The notes beneath the pieces were generated by a model. That model made no database searches. It saw nothing but the letters and a program-made list of their open reading frames with translations, and was not told where the DNA came from. A program made the translations under genes and the position numbers. DNA of 61,616 nt, filler included, from Nemertoderma westbladi (taxonomy: Eukaryota; Animalia; Xenacoelomorpha): assembly GCA_032718475.1 (NCBI GenBank). It is 3 parts of 3 records of this genome, joined end to end, with 100 filler letters (N's around TTAATTAATTAA, not from the genome) between each part and the next. Parts side by side here need not be neighbours in the genome. Positions count along the whole stretch, not along the records: positions 1 to 23,172 come from JAUCBJ010003359.1; positions 23,273 to 42,500 come from JAUCBJ010005765.1; 1 more part is not named here. The stretch is one strand, 5' to 3'. This document shows, one piece after another, positions 12,356 to 25,537 of this stretch (position 1 is its first letter; each line of letters begins with the position of its first letter).

Positions 12356-14034
12356 TACTTTGAGATCCTTCTTGGTAAGAGGTATCCTACGACCTACAAA
12401 TCTACTAATATGAAGCAATAGAATATTCCCTACTGAAAAGTCCAGTAGTATACCGCTTACCGGATCCTAGTAATGATGTATCTTACCGTAAGATCTAGTA
12501 GTGTGTACGGGCTCGTACAGTATCTGACAACAAATCCCAGTCCAGGGTGTCTAAATAAACATACAAATACGCGAACAACTACTGGCGAGGAGCAGAGCCT
12601 GGTGTTTATTCTAAGTACGTGAGCGAGTCAAATGCCCGACGAACTAGACAAAAGGATGCCTGTCCTCTAACCGGTGACGCAGATGTACAGTTTACGGTTA
12701 CAGACCAAACTCACGGGAAAACAATCCCCGCGCAGCGAATCCTAACTATCGCTAACGGACCTAAATACCGTAACTTGACGTGGTGTGATTTATATGGTTT
12801 ATATACGAGCTAGTGGATTAACAGACTAGCGTAACAATACTGACCTGTACTAAATCAGTCTAAAGGGGGTCGTACCTAATGTAACAATACTGTCGGCTAC
12901 AGAAACAACAGTCTAATAAGTAAATACTCTTTTTTTGCTATAACTAAATATCAGATCGTAAATTTACAAACTACGAATAGTAAATTACAAAATAGATTCT
13001 GCCTGAAAGTAACCTAAAGTAAGCTACAACTAGTAGAGCTCTAAGGGTACATATGTTTTAGGGCGTGAGTGTGTGGGTGTGTTACAAATAAAACAATTTT
13101 GTGTACTCCATTGTGTAAGGTTTTTATGATTTTCTGACCGAAACAATACCGTGCGCTAGCTACGAAAATAAGCTAGTTGCGCTCTGTAGAACTTTATACT
13201 TACAAATGACATCAAAGCTCTCTCCTTCCTATCCACAACTCAACAGCGCAATTACGGTGTTAGTAACTACACCCGTGATCGGCACAAATTCCAGATTCTG
13301 GTTGTAAGATAAGAAATAGGGGTTAATTGCTACCGTACGTTAGCTGATCTGGTATACAATTTGATTCTAGAATTTTGTTGCTGCGGTGGTTAGCAGCAAT
13401 ACCTATCAGTACGTGGCATGGTGCGGTAGGATATTAATAAACCTCCCTAGGCCAAGCGAGTGCCGGTAGCAGAAATACTCCTTGCCTGATCAAATAACTT
13501 GGGTTCAGGCAGGGGGGGGGGGTACTAAATGTATAAACTACAAAATGAAACCAGTACTGAACTGTCAGTATCGCAAGTCACTAAATTATGGAACGTATGC
13601 TGTCTGTACCTAATTTGTACTTGCGTACTGACGAACAGCAATGGTTCACACCTGTAGGGAATACAGGTTAATCCGGGGACTTGTAGTACAGGTTCCTGTT
13701 TGTAGCCTAGCTATTTGATCCTAAATTTTGTGGCGTCCCAGGACGGCGTCACGCTTACCCTGATCTATAGGTCTTACGGCGGGCAATGGTGTCAAACAAA
13801 GTCTTACCTTCCTCTGAATCGGGCGCTGTATGGCAAAGGTGGGGCATTTCGAAGGGGCGAAGGGGGTGCGCGGGCTAATCTAATGTGGGCGCTAGCATGT
13901 TGCGGACATCTTCCCTGCGTTGCTGATGGCCTAACGGTCTAGGCTGCCATCTTCCAAATGCTTGGCTGTCCCAGTGGTTGGCAAAGATAAATATACATGT
14001 TCAAAGTTTACAACTATATTTAAGTAATTTACAA

Positions 14035-14295
14035 AAGATTTATTTACCAAATTTACATAATTCTCAGAAGGGTGATAACTAAAATATTATCCTAATGATA
14101 CTAATGAGAGTGTTAACTAGGTAGTAGATAGAGATAACCGAAGGCAAACCAGCCCTTATATAGCAAATCTGGGACATAGAATCCGCTAGAACCTTCCAGA
14201 GCATTCCATGGCCTCACATTGGAGCAATAAGATGTTCTATGCCCTATGATTGGCCCAACTCATCGTTCCACATGTTGTACGCACCTCATTGGCTT
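14035..14295 (-). promoter_or_regulatory. Candidate LTR promoter of BEL-1
   Basis: Minus strand: three CCAAT boxes (~14293, 14253, 14222), TATATAA (~14157-14163), then AATAAA (~14040), in U3-R order. No second LTR or PBS was found to confirm it. Confidence 0.45.
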
Positions 14296-14341
14296 ATCTA
14301 ATTAAATCAAAGCGAAAATAAATAGCCCAAAATACAAATTT

Positions 14342-14405
14342 CCCGACCGGGATTCGAACTCATAACCTACTTGTAATGTAACCAACGCCTTAACCATCTG
14401 ACCAC
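14342..14405 (-). ncRNA. tRNA-derived sequence (SINE head or tRNA pseudogene)
   Basis: Minus strand GTGGTCAGATGGTTAAGGCG (A box) ... GAGTTCGAATCCCGG (B box); no convincing anticodon or acceptor stem. Confidence 0.55.
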
Positions 14406-15539
14406 TGCGCTAATATAGTTACCTATGGGTTTATATGTACCAATATGAATAGGCATATTACATTACTGTAATTTAATCAAAATGCGTCGGATTTTAGAAA
14501 GTTTTTACGTTAAGCTACAAATGCTACCTTATAGTGAAATAATCCATCAGGCACCGTAAGTATCTACTTCAATGATTTAGTCTCATTAAATGCAATGGTG
14601 GTATTTGCATTCGCTGAGATAATATGGATGGATAGTGCGATTTAGTATTTCTGAAGGCAAAAGGTTTTCTTCTTACTGGTAGATATTTCTTATTAGCAAT
14701 GTATCTTGGTCAGCCTCCAGCAAGTTATGATCTTAGCTAGGCATTATCTCACCTTCGCATATAACATAAACAATATTCTAATATACAATACTGTTTATGT
14801 CACATGCTGTGAGAAGGCCTTACGTTCAATATGTGCATGCCTTCAGGTAGGATTCTTTATTCAACATGCGTGGACAATAAAAATTAATTCTATAATATTA
14901 ATATATTCATAGAAAAATCATGAACCTTTTTTACTTACTCTCCACAGGTTATTTTGATGCTGTTCACGTTATTCTCCATTTGCCTTAATTTCAATGCGAA
15001 CGAGTATGTGTCGCCATTTGTGTGGAAAGTTCGTCCCTTTAATTATAAATGTAAGATAGAAAATAAATTAATATTATTTGCATCTTAATTTGCATCTGGT
15101 ATGGTGGATATCAGAGCACAGATTTTCAAGATGAATTAAATGTCAGACATTACTTATAGGCTGTGTAGGCTTTGTTAAACAGGATTCCATAATCATTTAT
15201 CCCAGATCAATCATATCAAAGATCCATTATTATTATTATAATTATTTATCCCAGATCAATCATATCAAAGATCCATTATTATTATAGATCAAAATATAGA
15301 ACTATAGATATTATATAGATAACAAAATAATAAAAGATAAGCTGTGTTTTTCGAGATAATTGTTCCATATACCGGGTGTTCCATAATGATTCCCCACCCC
15401 CCCCCCCCTGGCCAGCCAAAACTGCCAGACATGCACCTTAGTGTAATATATCATTCGAAAGATAAATTAATTCTGAGCTTGCGTGCAAAAATTTAGGGTT
15501 CAATACAAAAGTATAAAAATTTTATGGGCTATTCTTTAA

Positions 15540-17097
15540 CCCTATTAAACCCGGGGGGGGGGGGGGGTCAATATGACCCCCTCGTGGTTTTTTTTATTAT
15601 AATTCTGAAACAAACGCAGTTGGGAATCTGAAATTATATGACTTTTCCTAAAAATCTATTGTCTTCCTAGTAGTGAAAACCGTTTTCAAAAATATAGGGT
15701 ACTTTTCGAGTTATAGCACCATTTTTTAACCCTACTTTTGGCACTTTTTTTGAGACGTTTTTTGAAAATTACATTTCATTAAATATGAATTGTAACATAT
15801 CTATTTTTGATTTACACCGGTTTTTTGGTGTTAGAAATTTGATGGAATTCATATAAATTGATTTAGAAATTTCAAACTTGTTTTTTTCGGTGGGTGCCAA
15901 ATTTTGGTGCCAGCACCAAATTTTGAATTATGTCAATTTTGTAAATTGATTGTTTGATACTTGTTTTTTACGCAATTTGGGTTTTTTGGGGTTCTGGATT
16001 CGATGAAATATATACGAGTTGCACCAAGCGTATCAAACTTGTATTTTTCGGTGCTGTGTGCAAATTTTGGTGCTAGCACGAAATTTTGAAAATTCATTCG
16101 ATAGATAAAATTGCTTGTGACAATTTATTTCTTGCGTTTTAGAGCTTTATGGCTGTTCTGAATTCAATGGAATAAATAATTATCGAACTAGACATCTCAA
16201 ACTTGTATTTTTCGGATGTGGGTGCAAAATATGGTGCTAGCACCAAATTTTGAAAACCATCAAATATATCAATTGATTGTGTCACCTTGTTTCTTGCGTT
16301 ATACGGGTTTGTGATGGTTCTGAATTCAATGGAATCAGTAAAAATTTCATAAGAGTTCTCAGACTGGTATTTTTCGCCAGTGGGTGAAAATTGTTGTGCC
16401 AGCACCAAATTTTGGAAAATATATATTTATCAATAGATAGTATCACCTTGTTTCTTGCGTTATACGGGTTTATGAGGGTCATGAATCCGATGGAATCCAT
16501 AAAAACAGCACTGGACATCCCAAACTTGTACTTTTTGGTGATGGGTACGAAATTTGGTGCTAGCACCAAAATTTGCCAAATTACGCCGAAAAATACAAGT
16601 ATCAATGATCTGGCATATTAGAAATGTATTCCATTAGAATCAGCGCCCTCGAAAACCTGAAAATGTGAATTTATAGCATCGTATAAGTGAATTAAAAATT
16701 TTGTGTTCAACCTGAAAAGTGCTGGTTACTTGTTTTTTTCATTTTTTTCCTACGCAGAGAGGACTAAACGGCCATTTATAGTAATCATATCATTTTTAAA
16801 CATTTTCCAATGTATTTTGCACCCCAGAAACCCTGTATTGAAAAATAATTAGCCGAAAATGTAACTTTCAAATTTTGTGAAAATTGTGCACTACTTGTAA
16901 TTTTGGTGCTGCAATATAACCACCCCAGTACATTTTTTCGAAAATTTTTTTTTTCGGTCGGATCCAGACAAGTGATACCTACGTACAAACAAAAAATCAG
17001 ACGTTTTCGTAAATATTTGTAGATTTTAGAGGGGGGGGGGTCAATATGACCCCCTCCCGGTATTTGTACAGCATTTTATAGCCCGGTACTAATAGGG
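15540..17097. mobile_element. Non-autonomous piggyBac-like element
   Basis: TTAA|CCCTATTAAACCCGGG ... CCCGGTACTAATAGGG|TTAA; subterminal GGGGGTCAATATGACCCCC dyads at both ends; internal ~160-180-bp repeats (15870-16580). Confidence 0.88.
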
Positions 17098-17154
17098 TTA
17101 AACCTATCTTACTTTTCAATATTTGTGATTTAATCACAATTAAAAATATATTAT

Positions 17155-19643
17155 ACCCTCCAGGAGAAATACCGGCTCGGTCGTCACCCGGGTCAACAAG
17201 GACCGCGTCCCCCAGTGGTACACCAGGCTGGGGTCGATAAATTGGCTACTGGAACAGAAGACAGAGAAGAAAGAAGAACCAACCTGTTGAAATGTAAAAA
17301 GACACTAAAGATTGCTACAATGAACGCACGCCCGCTGAAAGCACATACCAAACAGGGTGACATGGTCGCTCTGGCAATGGAATATAACATCAACATCATC
17401 TGCATCCAAGAACATCGGATTTGTCATGAAGACACTGCCATGAAGTACAATGACATTGGAAATGGATGGACGTTAGTAACAAGCTCAGCAGTACGAAACT
17501 CGGCCAATGCATCAATTGGTGGAGTAGGAATTCTGCTAAGCCCATTTGCACTTAAGACCCTAAACAACATCGAATCTATAAATTCCAGGGTTTTGATCGC
17601 AACATTTGATGGGAATCCCAAAGCAACAGTTATATGTTGCTACAGTCCAACCAATGCATCAGACCCAGAACAAGCAGTTGAGCAAGTTTTATGAAGAACT
17701 GACTGGACTTATAAAGGACATTCCGAAACACAATGTTAAAGTCATTGCTGGTGACCTGAATGCCCAAATTGGCCCAGAAGACATCAAGGGATACACCTAT
17801 AACACCAGTTCTAACAGAAATGGGTACTTACTTTTAGACCTAATGGAAGAATGTGAATTGATACCAACAAACAACACATTCGAAAAGAGTAAGGGGAAGC
17901 TATGGACCTTTCAATACCCTAATGGAACCAAAGCACAACTGGATTACATCCTCATAAACAAAAAGTGGAGAAACAGCATGATCAACTGCGAGGCATACAG
18001 CTCGTTCAACCTAATTGGTTCGGAAAACAGAATTGTGACTGCAGAGATCAGACTCAGTTTGAGAGCCAGCAAACCCAGGACAAGCAAGCAAATCAAATAT
18101 GACTGGGAAAAACTCAGAACTGACAATGCTGTAAAGGATATGCTTATACAGTAGAAGTTCAAAACCGCTTTGAAGCACTTCAGTCAATGGATGAAGACCA
18201 ATCCACCAATTCAATATACCAGAATATAATAACAGCCCACAAGGAATCAGCTAAGAGGCATATCCCCCAGAAACCCAAACGAAAACAATATGTGCCATGG
18301 CAAAACTCTGAGGTTACTTGTAATCAGAGAAGATCTTAAGATAGCCTACAAAGTTAAAACCGAACAACCAACAACCGAAAACATCAACAAGGTTGAGAAA
18401 GCTAAGGACGATCTTAAATTGGCCTACAACATCAGCCAGGAAAAGTACATACAGGATAAAACTGAAGCAATTACAACTGCTCACATAAAGCAACAATCAA
18501 GACTTACCTGGCAAACTGTAAATGAGGTATCTGGTCGGAAAAGTTGTGCAAAGGGGCGCCTCAAAGCCGATAGTCCTGAAGAACTTGTTGGGAAGTGGAA
18601 AAATCACTTCAGCAACTTGGTTGGGCAGCCACCAAACATCGAGGGCAGCCCTACAAGGAAAATATATGACAAGACACTACCTATAGAAACAGGGGACTTC
18701 ACACCTGCCGAACTCCAAAGAAGCATTAAAAGCATGTCCAATAATAAAGCGAGTGGATTAGATGAAATCCCAGCGGAGGTATGGAAAACCGGAGTGCTAA
18801 ACAGACCATTATTGAATGTTTGCAACCGGATGTTAAAAGGGGAAAAGCCAGCACCAATTAGGACTAAAGGTCAACTAAAGCCTCTCCCCAAGAAAGGAGA
18901 CCTCGGCATACCAACAAACTATCATGGGATCTGTCTGCTTGTGGTAGCTGCTAAAATATACAATAAAATGATTCTATATAGGATTAGGCCTCACATAGAG
19001 AAACTACTGCGTAAGAGCCAAAACGGATTTCGACCAAGTAGATCAACAATAGCTCAGATACTTGCACTACGGAGACTGATTGAAGGAATTAAGTCAAAGA
19101 ATCTCCCCGCTGTCATGACTTTTGTGGACTTCAAGACAACCATTGATAATAATCAACTATGACGTCCAGTACCTTGGATCATGGATAGAGAGTAGCAAAA
19201 AGGACATAGAAGTTAGGAAAGCAAAGGCTTGGGTAGCTCTATCAAAAATGGATACCATCTGGAAATCAGAGCTCACCAGGCACCTGAACACTAAGTTCTT
19301 TCGAGCCACAGTGGAAAGTGTATTTTTATATGGGGGTGAGACCTGGGCACTGACTAAATCACTTGAACAACGAATTGATGGTTGCTACACAAGACTACTA
19401 AGGGCAGCCCTAAACATCCATAAACACTGCTGGCGAAGTAAAGACGAGGTCATACCAGATCTACTTTTCTGGCAACCAACTCATGGAAATCGTAGTCGTG
19501 GACGACCGGCCATAACATATATAGATCAACTTGAAAGGGATACTGAACTTAGGAGAATCGAAATTGCGACAACTATGGAGAATCGGGAAGCCTGGAAGGA
19601 TCTGGTTTCTACTGTCCGAGTTCGCTCGACCTAGTAGTAGTAG
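17155..19643 (+). mobile_element. RTE-clade LINE, family A, 5'-truncated, RT core deleted
   Basis: APE motifs (CIQEHR, GGVGILL, GDLNA, QLDYIL); RT N-terminus ends at FVDFK and jumps to the YLGS region; (TAG)n tail; TSD TAAAAATATAT(T/A)AT at 17141-17154 and 19644-19657. Confidence 0.92.
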
Positions 19644-20253
19644 TAAAAATATATAATTTATCCAGCGTTAGTCATGAGCTTTACAGCCATGTTTCTTTCC
19701 CCTTTGCAGCACGGGGAGTTCCTCGATAGTGGCAAAGGATGTAGGCCCATAAAAGGGCCGTTTTGGTTAGAGTTCAGTTTGATTATGCCACAGAATCACG
19801 ACCCTCTCTAAAAGTAACATCTCTGATCCTGTCAACCAAGCGTTTTTCTTCAAAGTCATCGAAGATTGCAATGGAACTTGTCATTTTGATTACTTCTGTT
19901 AGGCCTAATTCAGAAAATTACCAAAGAAACACTAATTCCGGTAACTGAATACTGTAATATATTGCAATACAGCAAAAGTCAGGCAGTAATAACTGTTTAA
20001 ACAGGGCTGCAACCTGCAAAACTGATGACAAACGCTGGATAAATGATATTTTTTTTTTTAAATTGTGATTAAATCACAAATATTGAAAAGTAAGATGGTT
20101 TATTGAATTGCCTATAAAATTTTTTTACTTTTGTATTGGACCTTAAAGTTTTGTATGCAGGCTCAGAATTCAATTTTCTTTCGAATGATATATTACACTA
20201 AAGTATATGTCTGGCAGTTTTGGCTGGCCAGGGGGGGGGGATCATTATGGAAC

Positions 20254-22395
20254 TACTACTACTAGTATTGGCATGCTGCATTGCAGCTGCATTTTTAAGA
20301 ATGCTGTGCCGGCTTGTCGACAAAATTGCGCCGCCACAACTCTCTATCACCCATGACATGTCAAGGTGAATGATTTTCCGAATACATGATCCCAGGTAAA
20401 AGAAGTCGTCCACATGCTCAAGCATACCATCTTTTGAGCTTATGCTCATCCGATCAGAGACTTGCTGAGAACTTTCAAAGTTAACTGTCAAAATTTTGGT
20501 CTTTCTGGAGTTAATAAAAAGACCGACACTAGAAACAGCATGTTCTAATGAGCTGAGGAGCCGTTGGGCTCCCTCTAGTGATTCTGAGAGTACTCCTAAG
20601 TCATCAGCAAAGTCTAGATCAGCTAGGTACTTGGCAGGATTTCCTCGACTTCTGGAGCCAGTAGGTGGAGTTATCATCACCCCATCATCATTATGATGAT
20701 CTAAGGACATGCGTAGAACATAGTCAACCACAATTATGAACAAGAATGGTGCAAGTGTGTCTCCCTGGAGGACGCCCCATAACACTTCAAATGGTTCCGT
20801 GTCACCGTCAACAGTAGACACAAATGTTGTCGAACCATTGTATACTGATCTAGCTGCAATAATTTCATCAGGAATCCCATATAATGAAAGTATGCTGAAC
20901 ATACGTGAGCGGGAGACTGAATCAAAGGCCTTGAAGAAATCAACAAAGATAACAGCCAGATGCCTGTCTTTCTTTTTTGATAACTCTTCAATTATCCTTC
21001 TAAGTGCCAAAATGGGTTCCGTGGTCCCACGACCTTTACGGAACCCATTCTGATTTCCATGGAGCAGTCTCTCAATGGGATCCCTGATGCGATTTAATAG
21101 AATTCTATTGTATAGCTTTGCAGCAATCAAGATCAATGAGATACCCCGAAAAGAACCATAGAGTGTTAGGTTGCCCTTCTTGGGAACTGGCACCAACTTA
21201 TTTGTTTTCATTTCTTGTGGGACTCTTGTTGTTCAGTACATGTCTACTATGATGGGATAGATGAACTTTAAACACTCAGGTATTTTAAAGACCTCAGGGG
21301 GAACACCATCTACTCCACTTGCACGATTGGTCTTAATGCTCTTTGCAGCAGCCTTCACTTCTGCAAAGGAGATATCGCCAATGGGAATATCTGGGAGTAC
21401 AGACTCAGATACTTTTACTTCTATAAAGTTATCAGGCAATACCCTGTCATTATTTAGGAGCTTTTCAAAGTGGGCCTTCCAACCATTGACGCGATCGGCT
21501 GGTGATTCAGCCTTAACCTTGGTGGTTGGTTGGCTGTTCCGCCCAGTAAGCAAGTTGATCGATTTCCATGCCTGGGATGATTGCCTGCTGTCGTCGGCAT
21601 CATTGATGGCATCAACCTGTTGGTTTATTAGCTCCTGTAGATTAACAGAGTACTGCCTGTTCTGGGACCTAGATGCAGCCTTAACTGCATTCTTGGCCGC
21701 TGTAGTCTGTTTGAGTCGGGACTCTTTCTGCGCCTTATATAGGTCATTTAGCACTTCTGGATTTTGTTGTCAGTCCAGGGGGCCCTTTTTCCTGTTTCGA
21801 GGGTATACAGGAACTGTTTCTGCAGCTGCTAACTTAACTGCTTCTGTGAAGGCAGTATAGCCCTCACAGTGATCTGCCGCCTCAGAGGCAAGAACCTCAT
21901 ACCTGTTGCTCAGCTGTAGTGTGAAGCTGGATCTCACATTTGGCTGTTGCAACAGAGAGGACCAGTCATGCCGCGGCAAGGCAGATTTCGTTGTTCTGCT
22001 AGCACGCAGACTAAGTCTTACCTTGGCTACAATAAGGCGGTGATCACTGGAGAAGGGTCGAAGTGTAAATGCATTACAGTCTTGTATAGAGCTCCTGTAC
22101 TTCCTACGAAACAGAATATGGTCTATCTGGGAGTTGTGACCACTGCTCCACTATGAGTCCATAGCTTTCCAGTTCGCTTCTTGAACTGGGTTCCAGCCGA
22201 AAACAACCCATTTCCAGAGATAAAATCCTGAAGTTGGACGGAATTTCGGTTGACACTATTGCTATAGACCCAGGGCGATGTAGGTTATTGATGCAGACTT
22301 GCATTAAAGTCTCCCAGGAATGTTAAGAATGCATGCTGATCCACTGATGTAGAAATTTTCCACCTCCTCTACCGGGGCAACACTAGTTGGAGATA
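20254..22395 (-). mobile_element. RTE-clade LINE, family B, degenerate
   Basis: RT motifs QNGFRKGR, FVDFFKAFDSV, GVLQGDTLAPFLF, DFADD, YLGS; (TAG)n tail at ~20254-20265. Confidence 0.9.
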
Positions 22396-22399
22396 GCCA

Positions 22400-23172
22400 G
22401 TTGGTCCACTACTTGGTTCAGCCACTAGAGGCCAGTGAAATGACTGGACACAATCGGCCTCACAGGTGTCAGTTATCTCCTGACCGGCTGCCTGTCTCAC
22501 CCCCTACTGGAGAGAGAGCGGCAAACAATTCTTTGAGTCCCTTTCCTGATGACCTTTCTGGCCCTAACCAGGGAGGCCAGATTGTGAGGGGGAGAGGGAT
22601 TCTGGAGTTGGAGGCTACTCTCATGTTTCACCCCGACAAACAAAGCCATTGGTGAATCTGAGGCAAGTCACTAGACTAGCCTCAGTAAACACCCTAACAC
22701 TTGGGTCCCCAATGTGACAAGGTGAGCTGACTGCCTTGGCAGATAAGCTTTCTCTTAGTGCAGTGGGTGTTCAAGAGCACCGAATGCAGACTGGACAGAC
22801 TGATGAGGTTCTGATTAAGGACATGGTGGGCGGTTGGCGACTCGCCCTTGCTTCAGCAGATGATAGTGGCAATGGTGGAATTGGTCTATTGATGAATCCA
22901 ACTGCACATGCAGCATTGGACAAAATAGACCAAATCTCTAACCGCATCATCCGTTGCCACTTCTCATGTTCTGGAAGACTGGCTAAGAAGTTTCCTAAGG
23001 TGGTTCTGATTGTGTGCTACTCTCCAACTAGTGTTGCCCCTGTAGAGGAGGTGGAAAATTTCTACCAGAATCTGGAGTGGATCAGCATGCATTCTTAACA
23101 TTCCTGGGAGACTTTAATGCAAGTCTGCATCAATCACCTACATCGCCCTGAGTCTATAGCAATAGTGTTAAC
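22400..23172 (+). mobile_element. 5' (APE) part of a second RTE family B copy, cut by the gap
   Basis: VGVQEHR, GGIGLLM, VCYSPTS; 23020-23172 is a diverged inverted match to 22250-22395. Confidence 0.8.
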
Positions 23173-23272
23173 NNNNNNNNNNNNNNNNNNNNNNNNNNNN
23201 NNNNNNNNNNNNNNNNTTAATTAATTAANNNNNNNNNNNNNNNNNNNNNNNNNNNNNNNNNNNNNNNNNNNN
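23173..23272. other. Artificial contig spacer
   Basis: 44 N + TTAATTAATTAA (stops in all six frames) + 44 N. Confidence 0.97.
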
Positions 23273-23644
23273 GGGACGCGCGATGAATAAATTGTACTAC
23301 AGTAGGTACAGTAGATAAAATATACAATACAATAGGAACCGTAGTACAGTACAATACAATATACAATACATTTGTATTATTTTTGCCATACAATAGGTAA
23401 AGGTAGAATTAAATAAAAAGACACAATCGAAACCCAAAACATAAATTACCCTCACACAAAAATAAAGTGGCCCCAGTTTGACTAATCCCTTTGAATCCAT
23501 AGCTTCGTTATTACATCAATTCATCCAAGAAATTAGAATAATCATCTACTCTTGCAATAGTTTGTATTCTTTTGCGTTATACTTTATGAAGCAGTCCACG
23601 CGCATATTAACTCAAAGACAAACCCCTACCCAAACACCATGTGA

Positions 23645-23947
23645 TCAATAATCCCACACCTCTTCTCCCCACGCCATTGAACATTCTCCCTTCTTCTCTT
23701 CTTTCTCTTCTTTTTTCTCTTCTTTTTTCTGTTCTTTTAATATATGAAAAATTGAGTTCCTGGACCTATATTCGCAAAACCGCAAATGGTGATCCTTTTC
23801 AGCTTCTCTAAAGCTGTGTGCGGGTTGAAAAGGACACTGAACCATTTTTTGATTCGAAAAGTTCTTACGACATTTTCTTAAATGCGTAACATATTTTTCT
23901 GAATGAATTCTGTGTGTGGCATCATAAGGACATATGAAATATTCCAT
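23645..23947 (-). CDS. GTSF1: GTSF1/Asterix-like tandem CHHC zinc-finger protein, 100 aa (left-arm copy)
   Basis: CPYDATH-x9-HLRKC-RKN...CPFQPAH-x9-HLRFC: two C-x5-H-x9-H-x3-C fingers, K/E-rich linker, C-terminal AWGEEVWDY. Confidence 0.88.
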   Translation of the reverse strand: MEYFICPYDATHRIHSEKYVTHLRKCRKNFSNQKMVQCPFQPAHSFREAEKDHHLRFCEYRSRNSIFHILKEQKKEEKKEEKEEKKGECSMAWGEEVWDY

Positions 23948-24661
23948 AGTAACAAAAGACAAAAAACAAAATTTATTGAGATATACTTTTTAAAAAACTT
24001 TTAAAAACCTCACTTAATATTTTTAGAGATAATGATCTAACTTTACATGGTTTTATTTATATAGAAAGGTCCACCTTAACATTTCAAACAGAACCATAGT
24101 TTTTGGTATGGCATGCGTGAAGGATTAAGCATCCCATGGAACCCCTTGTTGAGTTATACTCTACAATGAAATATAAAGACGCAATCGAGGCCCAAAACAT
24201 AAATTACCCTCACACAAAAATAAAGTGGCCCCAGTTTGGCCCCGAGTCATCCCTCAATAATCTGCGGCTCGTTAGGCTCTTATTAACTGTAGCATGACTA
24301 ACCCAAACATCAATGCGTGAATGGGGCCTGCGTGAATGGGACCTGCCATAGAGTTTAAATTATTCAAACCTATAGCTTCGTTATTACATCAATTCATCCA
24401 AGAAATTAGAATAAACATCTGCTCTTGCAATAGTTTGCATTCTTTCATATTGTACTTTATGAAGCGGTTTACGCATGCATTAGCTCAACAACAAAGCCCT
24501 ACCCAAAACACCACATGTCAAGTCCATGTGAGGGTTGAACCCATGACATGCGGGAGATGTGAATTCAAAGCAACCACTACACCAAGGTGGAACAGCAACG
24601 TTTGAATTTGTTCGTTAACGTTCGAATTTGTAAGACTCTGATTTAAGACCTGAGGCACTCC

Positions 24662-25286
24662 CCACAACCACAGCCACAGCCACAGCCACAAGCCACAGCC
24701 ACAACCACAGCCACAGCCACAGCCACAACCACAGCCACAGCCACAACCACAGCCACAGCCACAACCACAGCCACAGCCACAACCACAGCCACAGCCACAA
24801 CCACAGCCACAACCACAGCCACAGCCACAGCCACAGCCACAGCCACAGCCACAACCACAGCCACAGCCACAGCCACAGCCACAACCACAGCCACAGCCAC
24901 AGCCACAGCCACAACCACAGCCACAGCCACAGACCACAGCCACAGCCACAACCACAGCCACAGCCACAACCACAACCACAGCCCACCACAGCCACAACCA
25001 CAGCCACAACCACAGCCACAGCCACACCACAGCCACAGCCACAACCACAGCCACAACCACAGCCACAACCACAGCCACAGCCACAGCCACAACCACAGCC
25101 ACAGCCACAACCACAGCCACAGCCACAGCCACAGCCACAGCCACAACCACAGCCACAGCCACAGCCACAACCACAGCCACAGCCACAACCACAGCCACAG
25201 CCACAGCCACAGCCACAACCACAGCCACAGCCACAACCACAGCCACAGCCACAGCCACAGCCACAACCACAGCCACAACCACAGCC
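24662..25286. repeat. (CCACAG/CCACAA)n hexamer array, left arm
   Basis: About 625 bp, two interspersed hexamer variants. Confidence 0.97.
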
Positions 25287-25389
25287 TCACCTTCACCCAC
25301 TTTATTGTTAAATACGCCTGAGAAAAATTCAAGAAACATCTGGTTTACAATAGATTATTCTTTTTTCACAACTCCATTCTAGCCTCCCT

Positions 25390-25398
25390 CTATAAAAG
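25390..25398 (+). promoter_or_regulatory. TATA box upstream of the central ORF (mirror copy at ~26593-26601, minus strand)
   Basis: CTATAAAAG about 150 bp upstream of ATG 25538. Confidence 0.55.
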
Positions 25399-25537
25399 CC
25401 CCCATTCACCGCATTCTCATTCATTCTCTAATTTTTATTTTTAAAAGTTTTATTTATTTTCATAAAAGTTTTATTTATTTAAAATTTTGTAAAATCATTC
25501 AGCGAAAATTCATAATATCAATTGACATTGCTATATA

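Larger units (their letters stand above)
1560..14000 (-). mobile_element. BEL/Pao LTR retrotransposon (BEL-1), degenerate and lacking RT; ends approximate
   Basis: Minus-strand order gag, triple Zn knuckle, aspartic protease, RNase H C-terminal motif, integrase, with BEL-type motifs. Many frameshifts and stops. Confidence 0.9.
15372..20253. mobile_element. Tc1/mariner-like MITE with long TIRs, interrupted by two nested insertions
   Basis: Starts TA|CCGGGTGTTCCATAATGAT. Left-arm pieces 15378-15535, 17102-17154 and 19658-19675 are the inverted copy of 20025-20253. The right tip is cut by an RTE tail. Confidence 0.75.

Noticed and set aside
14342-14405. Functional tRNA gene
   Set aside because: A and B boxes are present but the cloverleaf is incomplete.
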